Positions 4,763 to 7,841 of a DNA stretch of 7,841 bases are shown piece after piece (positions within the stretch are counted from its first letter, which is position 1; the number at the start of each line of letters is the position of its first letter). A model generated the notes under the pieces. The model was not told where the DNA came from. It ran no database searches and was given only the letters and a program-made list of their open reading frames with translations. The stretch comes from a virus. Its lineage: Duplodnaviria > Heunggongvirae > Uroviricota > Caudoviricetes. The translations under genes and the position numbers were made by a program. The stretch lies in IMG/VR virus record IMGVR_UViG_2534681763_000020. One strand, given 5' to 3'.

Positions 4763-7096
4763 ATGAAAATGAACGTAACCGCCACCGTCAGCCATGCGCT
4801 CGGCCACTGGCCGCGTATTCTCCCGGCGCTGGGGATTCAGGTGCTTAAGAACCGTCATCAGCCCTGTCCGGTCTGTGGCGGGAGTGACCGCTTCCGTTTT
4901 GATGACAGGGAGGGGCGCGGCACCTGGTACTGCAATCAGTGTGGTGCCGGTGACGGCCTGAAACTGGTTGAAAAGGTGTTTGGTGTTTCCCCGTCCGACG
5001 CGGCCGCAAAGGTGGCTGCCGTGACCGGCAGCCTGCCCCCGGCTGACCCGGCAGTGACGGCCGCCGCCGGCGCTGAAACAGACGCTGCCCGGAAGAACGC
5101 CGCCGCACTGGCACAAACCCTGATGGCAAAAACCCGTCCCGGAACCGGTAACGCCTACCTGACCCGCAAGGGCTTTCCCGGCCGGGAATGCCGGATGCTG
5201 ACCGGCACACACAGAGCCGGTGGCGTGAGCTGGCGCGCCGGTGACCTTGTGGTGCCACTGTATGACGACAGCGGCGAACTGGTTAACCTTCAGTTAATCA
5301 GTGCTGACGGCCGTAAGCGCACCCTGAAAGGTGGACAGGTCAGGGGCACCTGTCACACCCTTGAAGGACAGAATCAGGCCGGAAAACGTCTGTGGATAGC
5401 GGAGGGATACGCGACCGCACTTACCGTGCATCACCTGACCGGTGAAACGGTGATGGTGGCGCTTTCTTCCGTGAACCTCCTTTCTCTGGCCAGCTTTGCC
5501 CGGCAGAAGCACCCCGCCTGTCAGATTGTCCTTGCCGCTGACCGTGACCTCAGTGGTGACGGCCAGAAAAAAGCCGCCGCAGCCGCAGATGCGTGTGAAG
5601 GTGTTGTTGCCCTGCCGCCGGTCTTCGGTGACTGGAATGATGCCTTCACGCAGTACGGCGGGGAAGCCACCCGTAAGGCCATTTATGATGCCATCCGGCC
5701 ACCGGCTGAAAGCCCGTTCGACACCATGAGCGAAGCGGAGTTTTCCGCCATGAGTACCAGCGAAAAGGCCATGCGTATCTATGAGCATTACGGCGAGGCG
5801 CTCGCGGTCGATGCCAACGGCCAGCTTCTGTCCCGCTATGAAAATGGTGTCTGGAAGGTGCTGCCGCCACAGGACTTTGCCCGGGATGTGGCCGGGCTGT
5901 TTCAGCGTCTGCGCGCGCCGTTCTCCTCCGGGAAGGTGGCCTCCGTGGTGGACACCCTGAAGCTGATTATTCCGCAGCAGGAAGCCCCCTCCCGCCGCCT
6001 GATTGGCTTTCGTAACGGCGTGCTCGACACGCAGAGCGGCACGTTCCACCCGCACAGTCCGTCACACTGGATGCGTACCCTGTGCGATGTGGATTTCACC
6101 CCGCCGGTGGAAGGGGAAACGCTGGAAACCCACGCCCCCGCGTTCTGGCGCTGGCTTGACCGTGCCGCCGGTGGTCGTGCGGAAAAACGCGACGTGATTC
6201 TGGCCGCACTGTTTATGGTGCTGGCAAACCGCTACGACTGGCAGCTCTTTCTGGAGGTGACCGGTCCCGGCGGCAGCGGCAAAAGTATCATGGCCGAAAT
6301 AGCCACCCTGCTGGCCGGGGAGGATAACGCCACGTCGGCCACCATCGAGACGCTGGAATCCCCGCGTGAACGTGCCGCGTTAACTGGCTTCTCACTGATA
6401 CGCCTGCCGGACCAGGAAAAATGGAGCGGCGACGGAGCCGGACTCAAGGCCATCACCGGCGGCGATGCGGTGTCCGTTGACCCGAAATACCGGGATGCAT
6501 ACTCCACGCACATCCCGGCGGTGATTCTGGCCGTGAACAATAACCCGATGCGCTTCACCGACCGCAGCGGCGGCGTGTCACGCCGGCGGGTGATTATTCA
6601 CTTCCCGGAACAGATAGCCCCGCAGGAGCGCGACCCGCAGCTTAAGGACAAAATCACCCGCGAGCTGGCGGTCATCGTGCGTCACCTGATGCAGAAATTC
6701 AGCGACCCGATGCTCGCCCGGTCACTGCTTCAGTCCCAGCAGAACTCAGACGAGGCGCTGAACATCAAACGGGATGCCGACCCGACGTTTGATTTTATCG
6801 GCTATCTGGAAACCCTGCCGCAGACCAGCGGCATGTATATGGGGAACGCCAGTATCATCCCGCGTAATTACCGTAAATACCTCTATCACGCCTATCTGGC
6901 CTACATGGAGGCAAACGGCTACCGGAATGTACTCAGTCTGAAAATGTTCGGACTGGGGCTGCCGGTGATGCTGAAGGAATACGGGCTGAATTACGAGAAG
7001 CGCCATACCAAACAGGGGATACAGACCAACCTGACGCTGAAAGAGGAAAGCTACGGCGACTGGCTGCCAAAATGTGACGACCCAGCAACAGCCTGA
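4763..7096 (+). CDS. alpha: Alpha: multifunctional replication protein (primase, SF3-type helicase, C-terminal origin-binding domain), 777 aa
   Basis: 777 aa, the length of P4 alpha. N-terminal zinc motif CPVCGG...CNQCG. Primase motif EGYATA and acidic ADRD. Walker A GPGGSGKS at 6263-6286 (residue ~501). AGGAG ribosome-binding site. Its recalled binding octamer TGTTCACC is clustered on both sides (ori and crr). Confidence 0.95.
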   Translation: MKMNVTATVSHALGHWPRILPALGIQVLKNRHQPCPVCGGSDRFRFDDREGRGTWYCNQCGAGDGLKLVEKVFGVSPSDAAAKVAAVTGSLPPADPAVTAAAGAETDAARKNAAALAQTLMAKTRPGTGNAYLTRKGFPGRECRMLTGTHRAGGVSWRAGDLVVPLYDDSGELVNLQLISADGRKRTLKGGQVRGTCHTLEGQNQAGKRLWIAEGYATALTVHHLTGETVMVALSSVNLLSLASFARQKHPACQIVLAADRDLSGDGQKKAAAAADACEGVVALPPVFGDWNDAFTQYGGEATRKAIYDAIRPPAESPFDTMSEAEFSAMSTSEKAMRIYEHYGEALAVDANGQLLSRYENGVWKVLPPQDFARDVAGLFQRLRAPFSSGKVASVVDTLKLIIPQQEAPSRRLIGFRNGVLDTQSGTFHPHSPSHWMRTLCDVDFTPPVEGETLETHAPAFWRWLDRAAGGRAEKRDVILAALFMVLANRYDWQLFLEVTGPGGSGKSIMAEIATLLAGEDNATSATIETLESPRERAALTGFSLIRLPDQEKWSGDGAGLKAITGGDAVSVDPKYRDAYSTHIPAVILAVNNNPMRFTDRSGGVSRRRVIIHFPEQIAPQERDPQLKDKITRELAVIVRHLMQKFSDPMLARSLLQSQQNSDEALNIKRDADPTFDFIGYLETLPQTSGMYMGNASIIPRNYRKYLYHAYLAYMEANGYRNVLSLKMFGLGLPVMLKEYGLNYEKRHTKQGIQTNLTLKEESYGDWLPKCDDPATA

Positions 7097-7103
7097 CCCA
7101 CCT

Positions 7104-7128
7104 GACCGGCATCTGCCGGTCTTTTTTT
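7104..7128 (+). terminator. Rho-independent terminator after alpha
   Basis: Stem GACCGGC (7104-7110) / GCCGGTC (7115-7121), loop ATCT, followed by TTTTTTT (7122-7128), 8 nt after the alpha stop codon. Confidence 0.7.
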
Positions 7129-7140
7129 ATCCCTGAATCC

Positions 7141-7440
7141 CCCGAAGGTGAACAATCCAGTGTTCACCCTTCACCGTATATTCACCCGTTATCACACTGA
7201 AATTAAAAGAGAAAAACGAAAGGTGAACAGTGTGAACAATCAAATCAAAAAAAACTTTTTTCTCACTGTGTGATTTCAGTACGGAGGATTAATCACCGGT
7301 ATGAGTCACACCGGCAGAATGCCGGAGGTGAAGAATCGAATGTTCACCCTTCACCCATTATTCACCACCTATCATACTGAAATAAAAGGAGAAAAAAGAA
7401 AGGTGAACAGTGTGAACAGTTCTTTCGAAAAAAAATTTTT
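7141..7440. repeat. crr: crr (cis replication region): two direct repeats of ~120 bp, ~180 bp apart, each carrying type I iterons
   Basis: Unit 1 about 7141-7260, unit 2 about 7321-7440. Each has GGTGAACA/GGTGAAGA, then TGTTCACC, TTCACC-like half sites, an A-rich block (AAAAGAGAAAAA), and GGTGAACAGTGTGAACA. Perfect octamers at 7147, 7161, 7222, 7341 and 7402. Confidence 0.75.
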
Positions 7441-7560
7441 TTCCTGAGTTAACATGCGTGAAGATACGTGTAAAAATTAATCGATAGATATTATATGTAT
7501 AAGGATGTGTATAAATGAATTATAATAGAAAAATATAAACGATTTGAATCAAATGGTTAT

Positions 7561-7701
7561 ATGGCAATTTTGACTCCTGTGATCTTCCGCCAAAATGCCT
7601 CTCCTGACGTTCTCCAACCCCTTGTAATACTGTCAATCCAGATATTTTCTACTGCTCAATATTCAATCGGCTTCAGGAATACCTGGTCTAAGGTTTTGTG
7701 A
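7561..7701 (+). CDS. Candidate small hydrophobic ORF (46 aa), unknown
   Basis: MAILTPVIFRQNASPDVLQPLVILSIQIFSTAQYSIGFRNTWSKVL. No convincing Shine-Dalgarno. Its stop overlaps the next ATG (TGATG at 7699-7703). Lies in AT-rich DNA. Confidence 0.2.
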   Translation: MAILTPVIFRQNASPDVLQPLVILSIQIFSTAQYSIGFRNTWSKVL

Positions 7702-7841
7702 TGGACGATGAGCGGCTGAAGAATCCGCCTGTCGGTTCTTCTGTCCTCGAACGCATCCGCGATATGCGCGCCAGCATGTGCCGTGTTTATTTGCAGGTGA
7801 TTTGCCCCCTGCTGGCTCTCAGCCAACTGTATCGCCATTAA
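7701..7841 (+). CDS. Candidate small ORF (46 aa), unknown; ends exactly at the window edge
   Basis: MDDERLKNPPVGSSVLERIRDMRASMCRVYLQVICPLLALSQLYRH. Codon usage is enteric-like (CTG, CGC, GCC). The antisense 60-aa track ORF (7656..7838) uses rare ATA/AGA/AGG codons. Weak AAGG ribosome-binding site. Confidence 0.3.
   Translation: MDDERLKNPPVGSSVLERIRDMRASMCRVYLQVICPLLALSQLYRH

Noticed and set aside
4531-6558. Multiple ORFs antisense to or out of frame with cnr and alpha (including 253-aa 5294..6055 minus, 163-aa 4721..5212 minus, 137-aa 4845..5258 minus)
   Set aside because: All are embedded in the 777-aa alpha gene, which has clear primase and Walker A motifs. Gly/Arg/Pro-rich translations are typical of spurious frames in GC-rich coding DNA.
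6746-7006. 86-aa minus-strand ORF near the 3' end of alpha
   Set aside because: Antisense within alpha; no supporting signals.
2302-7440. Short repeated octamers considered as a possible CRISPR array
   Set aside because: Units are 8 bp with irregular 10-60 bp spacing, present in both orientations and with no uniform spacers. These are replication iterons, not CRISPR repeats.
7301-7447. 48-codon plus-strand ORF with GGAGG upstream, inside crr
   Set aside because: Runs across the second crr repeat and its iterons. Spacing from GGAGG to ATG is long (13 nt). The region is better explained as replication repeats.
7656-7838. 60-aa minus-strand ORF at the right edge, considered as a possible integrase C-terminus
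   Set aside because: Uses several rare codons (ATA, AGA, AGG, TTA). No tyrosine-recombinase C-terminal motif recognisable. Antisense to a plus-strand ORF with better codon usage. Left open as unresolved.
1-7841. Search for integrase, attachment site or tRNA
   Set aside because: No tyrosine-recombinase-sized ORF and no tRNA-like sequence found in the window. These probably lie outside it.

Overview
From the sequence alone, this window looks like the core of satellite phage P4 (or a near-identical P4-like element), read in reverse orientation to the usual P4 map. Identification is from recalled protein lengths, motifs and regulatory architecture; no database search was possible. In order: the P2/P4 cos cohesive-end sequence; the late operon sid-delta-psu on the minus strand; a late promoter with TGT-N12-ACA dyads; an ori-like cluster of six TGTTCACC iterons; a second late promoter; vis (AlpA-like, 88 aa); the RNA immunity region (seqA, cI/seqB, seqC) overlapped by nested eta/kil; eps; orf151; cnr; the 777-aa alpha primase-helicase; an intrinsic terminator; and the crr direct repeats. 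No integrase, tRNA, rRNA or CRISPR array is present. I did not find convincing evidence of an undescribed system. The least explained segment is the AT-rich 3' end (7441-7841) with two small overlapping ORFs. The left edge beyond cos begins a gene reading out of the window.
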